Of a stretch of DNA of 64,000 nucleotides, positions 29,061 through 38,030 are shown in pieces. The notes under the pieces were generated by a model. It did not search any database. It had not been told where the DNA came from and worked only from the letters and a program-made list of their open reading frames with translations. A program made the position numbers and the translations under genes. The stretch is from positions 96,001 to 160,000 of the forward strand of contig OZ219816.1 in NCBI GenBank assembly GCA_964291235.2. Reading direction: 5' to 3'. Origin of the DNA: Vicinamibacteria bacterium (GTDB taxonomy: Bacteria; Acidobacteriota; Vicinamibacteria; Marinacidobacterales; Marinacidobacteraceae). Position 1 is the first letter of the stretch, and every line of letters starts with the position of its first letter.

Positions 29061-30194
29061 ATGGACCAGACGAAGAGCCACCGGATCGAGACCCGAAGCG
29101 TGCACGCCGGCACTTCCAAAAACCTCATGGGGGCCGTCGCGCCACCGATCCACCTTTCGACGACCTTCGAGCGGGATGCCGCGGGGGAGCTCGCCTCGGG
29201 TTTCGTTTACAGCCGCGACGCGAACCCGGATCGCACGGCATTGGAAAACGCCGTGGCCGACCTCGAGGGCGGTGCGGAGTGTGTGTGCTTCGCCTCGGGG
29301 CTTGCCGCAATCCACTCGCTGCTGCTGACCCTCTCTCCCGGGGACGTGGCACTCGCCCCCCGAGACGCGTACCACGGGACCGTGCGCCTCGCGAAGGAGT
29401 CGCTCGCGCGCTGGGGACTCCGGACCCGTTTCACGGACTTTCTGGACGCGGATGACGTTGCCGCCGGACTCGAAGAGCGGCCCGCCCTCGCCATCCTGGA
29501 GACGCCCTCCAATCCCACCCTGCGGATAACCGACATCGAGGCGGTGGCCGATCGCTGTCACGCGGCGGGCGCGCTGGTCGCGGTGGACAACACCTGGATG
29601 ACTCCCGTCCTGCAGCGTCCCCTGGCGCTCGGCGCCGACATCGTGATCCACGCGACGACGAAGTACTTCGGAGGCCACAGCGACGCGACCGGCGGCGCGG
29701 TGGTCGTTCGGGAAGGCCTCGACCTCACCTCCCGGCTGCGTTTCGTGCAGTCGGAGACGGGCCCGGTGCCGTCGCCTTTCGATGCGTGGCTGCTACGCCG
29801 GGGAATGAAGACGCTGCCCGTCCGGGTCCGGGCTCAATCGGAAACCGCGGGGAAGGTCGCGCAGTTCCTGGCCGACCATCCCGGCGTCGTGGCGACGTTC
29901 TATCCGGGGCTCCCCTCGGATCCCGGACACGAGGTCCAGACCCGGCAGGCCGCAGGCTACGGCGCCATGCTCTCCTTCCGGGCTCGGGGAGGCGAAAAAG
30001 GCGCGCGGAGCGTGCTCTCGCGGGTCGAACTCTTCGTTCGCGCCACCAGTCTCGGAGGCGTCGAAAGTCTCATCGAGCACCGGGCGACGGTTGAGGGCCC
30101 GGACAGCAAGACCCCGCGCGACCTCATCCGGGTTTCCGTCGGTCTGGAGCATCCCGACGACCTGATCGCCGACCTCGACCAAGCGCTCAGGTGA
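29061..30194 (+). CDS. Cys/Met metabolism PLP enzyme (cystathionine gamma-synthase/lyase family)
   Basis: PIHLSTTF, YSRDANP, ETPSNP, VDNT, HATTKYFGGHSD and SLGGVESLI. Confidence 0.93.
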   Translation: MDQTKSHRIETRSVHAGTSKNLMGAVAPPIHLSTTFERDAAGELASGFVYSRDANPDRTALENAVADLEGGAECVCFASGLAAIHSLLLTLSPGDVALAPRDAYHGTVRLAKESLARWGLRTRFTDFLDADDVAAGLEERPALAILETPSNPTLRITDIEAVADRCHAAGALVAVDNTWMTPVLQRPLALGADIVIHATTKYFGGHSDATGGAVVVREGLDLTSRLRFVQSETGPVPSPFDAWLLRRGMKTLPVRVRAQSETAGKVAQFLADHPGVVATFYPGLPSDPGHEVQTRQAAGYGAMLSFRARGGEKGARSVLSRVELFVRATSLGGVESLIEHRATVEGPDSKTPRDLIRVSVGLEHPDDLIADLDQALR

Positions 30195-30433
30195 ACCCGG
30201 CGGTCCTCTGGTTCCGTCCTACGATGGCGTAGGTGGGCGTCGCGTGCCGGGCTCGGGCTTCCCGCCCGGCGCCGAGTTGGCGCCGCTGGCGGGAGGCGCG
30301 TCCCACCCGGCAGTGGTGACTCCCGTTCGGTTCCATAAGCCGGAGCGCAGTGGACCGCTCGGATTCATTTCGGATTGTAAACGCGACCCGGGGAGACCGG
30401 AGGGTGGATTTCGCCGATCCGGAGGCTAGGAGC

Positions 30434-30471
30434 GCCAGCCTCCAGGCTGGCATCGCCCGCGCAGCGGGCGA
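30434..30471. repeat. Tandem pair of GC-rich hairpins (REP-like)
   Basis: GCCAGCCT-CC-AGGCTGGC followed by TCGCCCGC-GCA-GCGGGCGA. Confidence 0.55.
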
Positions 30472-30587
30472 AACTCCCAAACCTGGTCTGCCCGGATGGT
30501 GCCGCCGAGCAGCGTGGGGGCGCCGCCGACCTGTCTGCCGGTCTCATCGTGCTCCGCTTCGATCGCGAGGCCGCAGGGTGTCCAGGT

Positions 30588-31004
30588 TCAACCACGGGGG
30601 CAGACACTTGGCCACTTGGCATCGGCCGCGTCTCCTACGCGCGGGAAGGGCGGCGTACCCCAATCCTCGTCGAGGTGGCGCTCAATGGCGCCACGGAAGC
30701 GCGGCACGAATTCCTTCAGAACCTCTGCCCCCAGCCGTACCTGCGTTCTTCCCCGACTGCGAGTGCCCGCGCTCCCGCCGTGCTCGATCTGGTTGCGAAC
30801 CACGTTGAGATTCCTGAACAACTCGTCCACCGTCCTGGCGACATCCTGGGAAAGGCCTCTCCGCATGGCGGCGTTCAGCCGATCTACTGCCGACTTGGCT
30901 CGGACCCTGAATCGCGCTTCCCAGTCTTCTCTGGTCCTCACATCCGCATCCTGATTCCACTGTTTCCAGAACGATGGGTGTGCTTGGCGCGGCCACCCGA
31001 TCAC
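30588..31004 (-). pseudogene. 5'-truncated remnant of a HEPN-like domain protein
   Basis: LNVVRNQIEHGG (Rx4H motif) and C-terminal EDWGTPPFP; no convincing start or RBS, and the N-terminal half appears to be missing. Confidence 0.5.
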
Positions 31005-31303
31005 GGAGCAGCGACCGACGGGGCCCGCGCCCCGACTCGACCTGCCGCCACCTGCTGGCCCCTCCGAACCCGTCAGCCATGGACGAGATCACGGACGGGG
31101 GTCACGGCCAGTACGGATCGACGGGAAGGACATCGAGCGGGACAGCAAACACGAGCAGATCCCGGAGAGCGACGAAGACGATCCGGGTGGCGACGAGGAG
31201 ATGGCGGGTGCAAGGCCGGTTGGTCTGTCTCGACGCGATCTGCCATGACGCGGTGCGGCCGGCGGCTGGTCCGGTCTTTGCGTGGAAGCCCGAGTACGTT
31301 TCG

Positions 31304-31900
31304 ATGACTCTTGAGAGAGCGGAAGGCCAGTTCCAGCGAGTGTCCCGGACCGTGCTCCCTCTTGCTGTTGTGGTGGTACTCGCGGGGTGCGCCTCGTCGC
31401 CCGAGACACATCCTCTGACCGCGTCCAATCCGCCGATTCCGTCCGGCCAGGTCGCCGATGCAGAGCCGCAGCCGAAAGCCGGCGTGACCGTGGCGTACGA
31501 GAACGGAGTCGTCGTGATCTACGACGGTCGCCACCGGGACGGGAAGTTCAACGGTCACACGATCGTGCGGTACCCGAACGGCAGCGTCGGGGAAGGTCCG
31601 GTTGTGGAAGGGAAAAGGTACGGCCATTGGACTGAGAAGTTCGTGGACGGGAGCGCCCAGGAAGGCCCGTACGCAGAAGACAGGCGGCAGGGCTACTGGG
31701 TTCTCAAGTACCCGGACGGGAGAGTTCAGGAAGGCCCCTTTGCGGCGGGGAAGCGGCACGGCGACTGGACGCTGACGTCGTCGCAAGGAGTTCTTTTCCA
31801 CGGCCCCTACGTGGACGACCGGCGGCACGGGCTGTGGACGCTTGTTTTCCCGAACAGCCGCCCGCACTACGTGCAATTTGTGAACGGCGTGCGGCGGTAG
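31304..31900 (+). CDS. MORN-variant repeat lipoprotein
   Basis: Lipobox LAGC; about 5 repeats of G(P)xxxG(K/R)R(H/Y/Q)GxW...DG with ~23 aa period. Confidence 0.75.
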   Translation: MTLERAEGQFQRVSRTVLPLAVVVVLAGCASSPETHPLTASNPPIPSGQVADAEPQPKAGVTVAYENGVVVIYDGRHRDGKFNGHTIVRYPNGSVGEGPVVEGKRYGHWTEKFVDGSAQEGPYAEDRRQGYWVLKYPDGRVQEGPFAAGKRHGDWTLTSSQGVLFHGPYVDDRRHGLWTLVFPNSRPHYVQFVNGVRR

Positions 31901-32527
31901 GGCCACGCCGCCTCAGACTTGGTAGCCGAGTCGGCCGAGACAGCAGCACCACATGGCGCGGCGAATTGGGAACGTCCTCTTGCGCCAGCGCAACTTTGCC
32001 CCGAGCAGATTCGACGAGGAGAGCCCGACGAAGCCCGCGGAGAGCGGAATTCGGGAGTATGCGAGCGAACCGTAGCCGTGCCAATGGGTTCGGCAAAGAC
32101 GGTGGCGAGAACGAAGTAGCGGGAGTTGTAGCCGAAGGAGGTGTTGCCTTCCGCTACTGCAAGAGTGGCCCGAGGATGGCCTCGCCAGGGCGGGGCAGCG
32201 GTGGTTTCCTGTGGAAAGAGCGCGCCGACAACGCCGCACTGCGCCAGCGTTTACACGACAGCGCGGAGATCAAGGACGACACGAGAATCGTGGGCGACCA
32301 GCACGGCGAGATCGCCTTGTTGTTCGACGGCGTCGCCCTCGCTCTTGGGATGCGCCGCAGCGGTACGAAGCAGAGAGGGACCGCCACATTCACCCACGAC
32401 CGAACGGCTACCACACCGGTTCCACCGGTTACGTTCCTGCCGCTATCGGCTCGGAGTCAAGAGCGCACCAGTGTGACTGATACCAAGTGTGATATCGACT
32501 TCTCGGGATCATTCATACTGAGCGATA

Positions 32528-32540
32528 AATCAATGACTTA
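32528..32540 (+). promoter_or_regulatory. Consensus IHF binding site
   Basis: AATCAATGACTTA is an exact WATCAANNNNTTR match in an AT-rich patch, flanked by the inverted repeat CGATAA/TTATCG. Confidence 0.5.
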
Positions 32541-32722
32541 TCGTGAAATTGCAGCGGCCCTGGAGGTCGGCGTTCCCTGGCGTGCGCGACACCAAGGCTG
32601 CTGGGGTCCACGCCGAGAGGGGAACCATCGTGACGCTGGGGGGTCCTTCCCGCCGCCCCGCTTCGCGGGGCTGTGCCGGTCTGGAGACCGGCGTTCCCTG
32701 ACCGGCGTGACCGGGGGGAAAG

Positions 32723-32751
32723 TGTGAAAGGGGGGCACCCCCCCTTTCACA
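32723..32751. repeat. Perfect 13-bp hairpin
   Basis: TGTGAAAGGGGGG-CAC-CCCCCCTTTCACA. Confidence 0.7.
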
Positions 32752-32834
32752 AAACGACTACCTCCAATCGGAACTCGCCGAAGCGCGCCCCCGGCGCGCG
32801 AGGGAGTTGCGATTGGCCGGCGCGAAGCGCCGGG

Positions 32835-32916
32835 GCGGTTCGGAAGGGGGGCTCAACCCCAACCACGCGCCAGCCAGACACCGCCAGATCGGCCTGGCGC
32901 CCCCCTTCCGAACCGC
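32835..32916. repeat. 18-bp perfect inverted repeat just downstream of tRNA-Leu
   Basis: GCGGTTCGGAAGGGGGGC (32835-32852) and GCCCCCCTTCCGAACCGC (32899-32916). Confidence 0.7.
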
Positions 32917-32927
32917 TCTGGCCTGCG

Positions 32928-33013
32928 TACCGGGAGCGGGGCTCGAACCCGCACGTCCCGAGAGGGACAAGAGATTTTAAGTCTCTCGCGTCTGCCGATT
33001 TCGCCATCCCGGC
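32928..33013 (-). tRNA. tRNA-Leu (TAA)
   Basis: GCCGGGA acceptor stem, AGAGA-CTTAAAA-TCTCT anticodon arm, long variable arm, GGTTCGAG T-loop; CCA not encoded. Confidence 0.95.
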
Positions 33014-33106
33014 AAGCCTGTCGCGCGGCGAATTCCTCTCGCCGCGACGACGATGTCACATACCGGACGCGCCGCGAGCGGCGCATCCGGTCAGGCTAAG
33101 TGACGG

Positions 33107-33179
33107 AGGCGGCGGGCGGATTCGAACCGCCGAATAGAGGTTTTGCAGACCTCCGCCTTGGCCACTTGGCTACGCCGCC
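33107..33179 (-). tRNA. tRNA-Cys (GCA)
   Basis: GGCGGCG acceptor, GAGGT-CTGCAAA-ACCTC anticodon arm, GGTTCGAATCC, U73 discriminator. Confidence 0.96.
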
Positions 33180-33195
33180 CTTCCCTGCCCACGGC

Positions 33196-33270
<75 letters not shown>

Positions 33271-33310
33271 TCACGCGGCGCGAGTATAGCGGCCCGAAAC
33301 GCCCCGGAAG

Positions 33311-33781
33311 TCAGAACGCCCCCCGGTGGATTCGCACGACGGGACGCCGAAACGCCTCGCGGAGGCGGGCCAGAAAACGCCGGGAACGGAGGGCCGGAAA
33401 CCAGACTTCCACGACGTCCATGCGGAGCCTGGCACCCCGAGGAATCCGCTTGCGGGATCCCTCCCGGCGCCACATGCGCGCTGCGGAACGCCGAATTCGA
33501 CGGCGTTTTTCGCGGTCCACCCGTTCGGCCGGATCTCCCAGGCCGCCCCGGCGCGTCTTGACCTCGACAACGGCCAGGGTATTCCCTTCCCAGGCCACGA
33601 TGTCCAGTTCTGCATCGCTTCGACTCCGGCCGGGTCGGTAGTTCCTCGCCACTACCCGGTAGCCCGAGCGCCGCAGCGCTCGCGCCGCGATCCGCTCACC
33701 GCGGGCGCCGAGTCTCAGATGGGGGGCGCGCGCTCGAAGGCGGCCGCCCGGGAACCGCCAGCGGGGAGGGCGCCGGACCAT
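33311..33781 (-). CDS. YraN family (UPF0102) protein
   Basis: GARGERIAA..L...GY.VVARNY...ELDIVA...VVEVKTR. Confidence 0.88.
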   Translation of the reverse strand: MVRRPPRWRFPGGRLRARAPHLRLGARGERIAARALRRSGYRVVARNYRPGRSRSDAELDIVAWEGNTLAVVEVKTRRGGLGDPAERVDREKRRRIRRSAARMWRREGSRKRIPRGARLRMDVVEVWFPALRSRRFLARLREAFRRPVVRIHRGAF

Positions 33782-33826
33782 CGATAGGAGCTAGGGAATT
33801 GGCGCTAGGGGAGCGGCGCCAGGCGC

Positions 33827-35269
33827 CTAGTCCTCGCGGCGCCGCCAAATGGTGCCGGACGAGGAGTCCTCAAGAAGAATCCCGCGAGCGGCCAGCGCAT
33901 CCCGAATCGCGTCGGCGCGGGCGAAATCTCGCCCCTCGCGCGCCTCCTGCCGCTTCCGGATCAACTCGGCCAACTCGGCCGGCTCGTCCGCGGGCTCCGC
34001 GGCCTCCGCATCGGCGCTCATTTCAAAGCTCCCGAAGACCGTGTTCATTCGGCGGATCGCCGTTGCCCAGCCGGCCACCTCGCCGGCTCCCGCCGACGAA
34101 TGGAGGGCGCGATTGCCCTCCTTGAGGGCAAGAAACACTTCGCCGAGCGCCTTCGAGGTGTTGAGGTCGTCATCCAGCGCTTGCTCGAAACGAACGAGCG
34201 CCTCGCTGGTCTCCGCGGATAAGTCGGTCGCGTCGGGGGAGTTCCCCGCCCGCTTGGCGGCCTCGTCCGCGCGACGCAGGAAGTCGTCAACCCGACTGAT
34301 GGCCACCTCCGCCTGACGGAGACCGCTCTTCGTGAAGTTCAACTGCTGGCGGTAGTGGACCCCGGCCAGCAAGTGACGAATGGCCGCCGGAGCAAATCCC
34401 TCATCGAGCAGCTCCCGGACGGTGAACTGGTTGCCGAGCGATTTCGACATCTTGCGACCGTCCACCAGCAGGTGCTCGCAGTGAAACCAATGGCGCACGA
34501 AGCGACTCCCGGTCGCCGCCTCACTCTGGGCAATCTCGTTCTCGTGGTGGGGAAACACGAGATCCACTCCGCCGCAATGCAGATCGAAGCCGGACCCCAG
34601 AAGTTCCAGTCCCATCGCCGAGCACTCCAGATGCCAGCCGGGCCTTCCCGCCCCGAACGGGGCTTCCCATACCGGCTCGCCCGGTTTGGCAGCCTTCCAG
34701 AGAACAAAATCCTGAGCGTCTTCCTTGTCGTACTCGTCGGAATCGACCCGGGCGCCGGCGAGACGATCCGACGCCGCCGCACCCGAAAGCTGCCCGTATC
34801 CCGGAAAGCCGGTGACCCGGAAGTAGATGGAACCGCCGGCTTCATAGGCGATCTTTTTCTCCAGGAGACCCTCGACGAGCCGAATCATGGCCTCGACGTA
34901 CTCCGGATCGGTCGCTCGCGGGTAGTGCTCGGCACGCTCGATCCCGAGCGCATCGGCGTCGTCGAAGAACTCCTCGATGTAGCGCGTCGTGTAGTCCCTG
35001 AGCGGCTGGCCCGCCTCCGCCGCTCCCCGGATGGTCTTGTCATCCACATCCGTGAAGTTCATCGCCTGGAGGACCCGGTAGCCCTTGAAGCGAAGGAAGC
35101 GGCGCAGGATGTCTTGCGCCACGAAGGTCCGGAAGTTCCCGATGTGTCCGCGCGCGTACACCGTCAGCCCGCAGGTGTACATCCGCACCTCGTCCGGACG
35201 CCCCGGCTCAAAGGGTTCCACCCGGCCGCCAAGTGTGTTCCGGAGCCGGAGAGTGCTCTTGTCGGGCAT
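33827..35269 (-). CDS. cysS: Cysteine--tRNA ligase
   Basis: MYTCGLTVY, HIGN, GRPGWHLEC, FPHHENE and KMSKS. Confidence 0.97.
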   Translation of the reverse strand: MPDKSTLRLRNTLGGRVEPFEPGRPDEVRMYTCGLTVYARGHIGNFRTFVAQDILRRFLRFKGYRVLQAMNFTDVDDKTIRGAAEAGQPLRDYTTRYIEEFFDDADALGIERAEHYPRATDPEYVEAMIRLVEGLLEKKIAYEAGGSIYFRVTGFPGYGQLSGAAASDRLAGARVDSDEYDKEDAQDFVLWKAAKPGEPVWEAPFGAGRPGWHLECSAMGLELLGSGFDLHCGGVDLVFPHHENEIAQSEAATGSRFVRHWFHCEHLLVDGRKMSKSLGNQFTVRELLDEGFAPAAIRHLLAGVHYRQQLNFTKSGLRQAEVAISRVDDFLRRADEAAKRAGNSPDATDLSAETSEALVRFEQALDDDLNTSKALGEVFLALKEGNRALHSSAGAGEVAGWATAIRRMNTVFGSFEMSADAEAAEPADEPAELAELIRKRQEAREGRDFARADAIRDALAARGILLEDSSSGTIWRRRED

Positions 35270-35279
35270 GGGTTGCAGC

Positions 35280-37103
35280 CTAGACGACCACCTGGCGGCC
35301 CCGGCGTTTGAGGACGACGAGGGTGAGGTCGTCGCGTAGGGGATTCGGTCCCGAAAAAGCCCGGGCCCGCGAGAGCAGGTCCCCGCAGATGTCGCGCGCG
35401 GTCCGGGAGCGAGCGGCGATCAACGCGTCCACGACGCGCGCCTCGTCGAAGAGATTGCCCCCCGGATCCTCGGCCTCGGTGAGTCCGTCGGTGAACAGCG
35501 CGACCAGATCGCCGGGTTCCAGCTCGCAGGTGCCGGTTTCCGTTTCGATGTCGGGAAACAGGCCGAGCACCGTGGAACCGCGGTCGAGGCGCTCGACGGA
35601 ACCGTCGCCGCGCACCAGCACCGGATACACGTGCCCGGCGTTCAGGTAGTCGAGCCGGCCGGTTCCGGGTTCGAGCGTGGCCAGGATGGCAGTCATGTAG
35701 CGGCTGTCTTCGGTGTTGCGATGGAGGTGATGGTTCAGTTCTTCCGCGACGCCGACGATTCCGGGCCGGGCGTGCCGGAAAAAAGCGCGGAGCGATGCCT
35801 GGACCGAGGCCATGATCAGAGCCGGTCCGGCTCCCTTGCCGGACACGTCCGCGATCGTGACGAAGACCGATTCGTCCAGGGTGAGGTAATCGTAGTAGTC
35901 GCCCCCGACCGAAAGACAGGGAATGTTGATTCCCCAGAGATCCCATCCGGGATACTCGGGGGCCTCGGCGGGAAGAAAGCGGGTCTGAATCCGGCGCGCT
36001 ACCTCAAGCTCCTTCTCTTTCTGAATGGAGGCACGGGTGAGGCGCAGACTCTCGACGGCGGCCGAAGCTTGTCCCGTGAGGGAGGTCAGGAACGCCCGAT
36101 CCGCGGACGAGAGCTCCCGGCCGAAGCCGGCAGCTCCCAGAAACAGGGTTCCCCGAACGGCCCCGGCGGCAAAGGGCACCACCCAGCCGATCTCCAGCCT
36201 CGCGAGGTCGCAGGACGTGCTCCAGTGCGAGAGATCGCCGGCCGGCCGGATCTCGTGCTGCCCTTCCAGGATTTCGGCGGCGTGCACCAAAGCGGCTATG
36301 TCCTCGTCGGGACGCTTCGGTCCCTTGGCGGCGACCACCCTTCCGCCGGCCACCACCGCGGCGCGGCTGGCCAGCACGTGACCCATGGCCCCGTGGAGCA
36401 GCAAATCCCAGACGGCGGCCTCGTCGCGCGCCCGGTGGAGGCCTGCCGTGAGGTCCATGAGCGAACGGAGCTGGTATACGTGCAGCGAGAGCCGCCGGTT
36501 CGCGACCCGCAGTTCCTCGTCACGGCGGCATTTCTCGAGAGCCGCAGCCGCTGACACCGCGAGCGCCTCCAGAAAATCGGTGCGGGACCCGGCGAGTTCC
36601 GGGTGAGGCTCACCGAGCAGGAGCACGCCGCGCAGGCCGTCGGGCGTGCGAAGCAGAGCCGCGGAGGATGCGCCGGAATCGCGCATGACTCCGAGGAAGG
36701 GTTCCGCTACGGGGTTCTCGTCGGGGTGCTCGCCGCCGGACCGGAACACGAGAGAGTCCGGTAGCAGGTCCGGCGGCTCGAGAGACAGCTCCTCCCAGCC
36801 GGCGTTGCCGGCTCCCCGCCGGCCGGCCGGCCGAAACCGTCCGTCTTCATCGGGCAGCAGCAGCCCGGCCCAGCGGACGCCGGATTCGCCGAGCGCCACC
36901 AACACGATCAGAGACGCCACTTCCGACACGTTCATCCGCTCGAAAGCCGCGGCGCTGAAATCGGTAAGCGCCAGCAGTTCGGACACCCGCCGTTCCAGAG
37001 CCGGGTTCATGTCCCCGATGTGCTCCGCGACCAGCCGCTGGTACCGCGTGCCGGGGGACGTGGGTGGTTCCGGGTCGGTCATTCGGACCGGGCGCGGCGT
37101 CAC
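35280..37103 (-). CDS. SpoIIE/RsbU-type PP2C phosphatase with N-terminal GAF-like domains
   Basis: VGGDYYD, IADVSGKG, NAGH, FTDGLTE and DDLT. Confidence 0.9.
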   Translation of the reverse strand: MTPRPVRMTDPEPPTSPGTRYQRLVAEHIGDMNPALERRVSELLALTDFSAAAFERMNVSEVASLIVLVALGESGVRWAGLLLPDEDGRFRPAGRRGAGNAGWEELSLEPPDLLPDSLVFRSGGEHPDENPVAEPFLGVMRDSGASSAALLRTPDGLRGVLLLGEPHPELAGSRTDFLEALAVSAAAALEKCRRDEELRVANRRLSLHVYQLRSLMDLTAGLHRARDEAAVWDLLLHGAMGHVLASRAAVVAGGRVVAAKGPKRPDEDIAALVHAAEILEGQHEIRPAGDLSHWSTSCDLARLEIGWVVPFAAGAVRGTLFLGAAGFGRELSSADRAFLTSLTGQASAAVESLRLTRASIQKEKELEVARRIQTRFLPAEAPEYPGWDLWGINIPCLSVGGDYYDYLTLDESVFVTIADVSGKGAGPALIMASVQASLRAFFRHARPGIVGVAEELNHHLHRNTEDSRYMTAILATLEPGTGRLDYLNAGHVYPVLVRGDGSVERLDRGSTVLGLFPDIETETGTCELEPGDLVALFTDGLTEAEDPGGNLFDEARVVDALIAARSRTARDICGDLLSRARAFSGPNPLRDDLTLVVLKRRGRQVVV

Positions 37104-37195
37104 GACGGCAGAGACCGGGGTTTTCCGGCGCGGAATTCACTCCGTGACGAAACCGCGAGACGCGGGCACGGGCGTTGCGGCTCGTCGGTCACGGT

Positions 37196-37660
37196 TCAGG
37201 GCTCCGAACCGGACCCGGAGGAACGAGAACCGGAGCGGCTGCGCTCCAACACCCAGCAGCCGACGCCCGCGGCCAACTCTTCGTGGACCACATGGTCCAT
37301 GAGCCGCCGCATGAGATGCACCCCCAGCCCGCCCCGCCGTCGCTCGCGCGCGAGGCGGTCGAGATCGATCCCGGCCGGCAACCGGGTCGGCGCCGCGCCC
37401 CGGTGTTCCAACTCGATCCGCAGCGTGTCGGGGCCGGGGACGAACCGCAGCTGAATCGCATGGCCCGGCTCGCCGCGATAGGCGTGTTTCACCACGTTGG
37501 TCATCGCCTCTCCGACCGCGACCGCGATCTCTTCCGCAACCGACGGGTCGAAGCCTTCCGCGATCGCGGCCCTCCGCGTCGCCTCGTGCACCAGGCTCAG
37601 GCACTCGCAGGTTGCCGGAACGTCGATCTGGAGCGGCGCTTTTCCCCCGGTCGTCGACAG
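37196..37660 (-). CDS. Anti-sigma factor/Ser kinase (RsbW-like HATPase); start uncertain
   Basis: AVGEAMTNVVKHAY and RRGGLGVHLMRRLMD. Confidence 0.85.
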   Translation of the reverse strand: MSTTGGKAPLQIDVPATCECLSLVHEATRRAAIAEGFDPSVAEEIAVAVGEAMTNVVKHAYRGEPGHAIQLRFVPGPDTLRIELEHRGAAPTRLPAGIDLDRLARERRRGGLGVHLMRRLMDHVVHEELAAGVGCWVLERSRSGSRSSGSGSEP

Positions 37661-37661
37661 A

Positions 37662-38012
37662 TCAGTAACCCCCGAAGCTGAGAACCGCTTCCTCCTCGGT
37701 CTCGAAGGTCCGGCAGAGGCGGTCGAAGCCGAGCACCTGAAAGATGTGGGCGACGGTCCCGGTAAGTGCGGCAACCCGGATGTCCCCGCCACCGGCGCGA
37801 GCCTCCTCGATGAGCCCCATGATCGCGCCGAAGCCGGCGCTGGCCACGTAGGAGAGATGGGCCCCGCTGATCACGATCCGAACATCGCCGGCCTCGACCA
37901 GCGCGTTCAGCACTCGTTCAAACTCGGCAACAGTGTGCGCGTTGATGAAACCGCGGGGCTCCACCACGACCACCTCGGCAGCGCGGCGCTTCGCGACTTC
38001 CAGATCAGGCAT
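37662..38012 (-). CDS. STAS anti-anti-sigma factor (RsbV-like)
   Basis: GFINA..., LSYVASAG phospho-Ser motif; 116 aa. Confidence 0.88.
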   Translation of the reverse strand: MPDLEVAKRRAAEVVVVEPRGFINAHTVAEFERVLNALVEAGDVRIVISGAHLSYVASAGFGAIMGLIEEARAGGGDIRVAALTGTVAHIFQVLGFDRLCRTFETEEEAVLSFGGY

Positions 38013-38030
38013 GGGTAAGGGTCTCCAAAA

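Noticed and set aside
30195-30500. attR-type duplicate of the tRNA-Leu 3' end
   Set aside because: No convincing match to the tRNA 3' sequence was found by eye, so no mobile element is formally annotated.
31834-32727. 297-aa + strand ORF in the accessory patch
   Set aside because: It overlaps the lipoprotein gene end, runs through AT-rich and hairpin sequence, and has no domain signal. At most it contains a short gene fragment.
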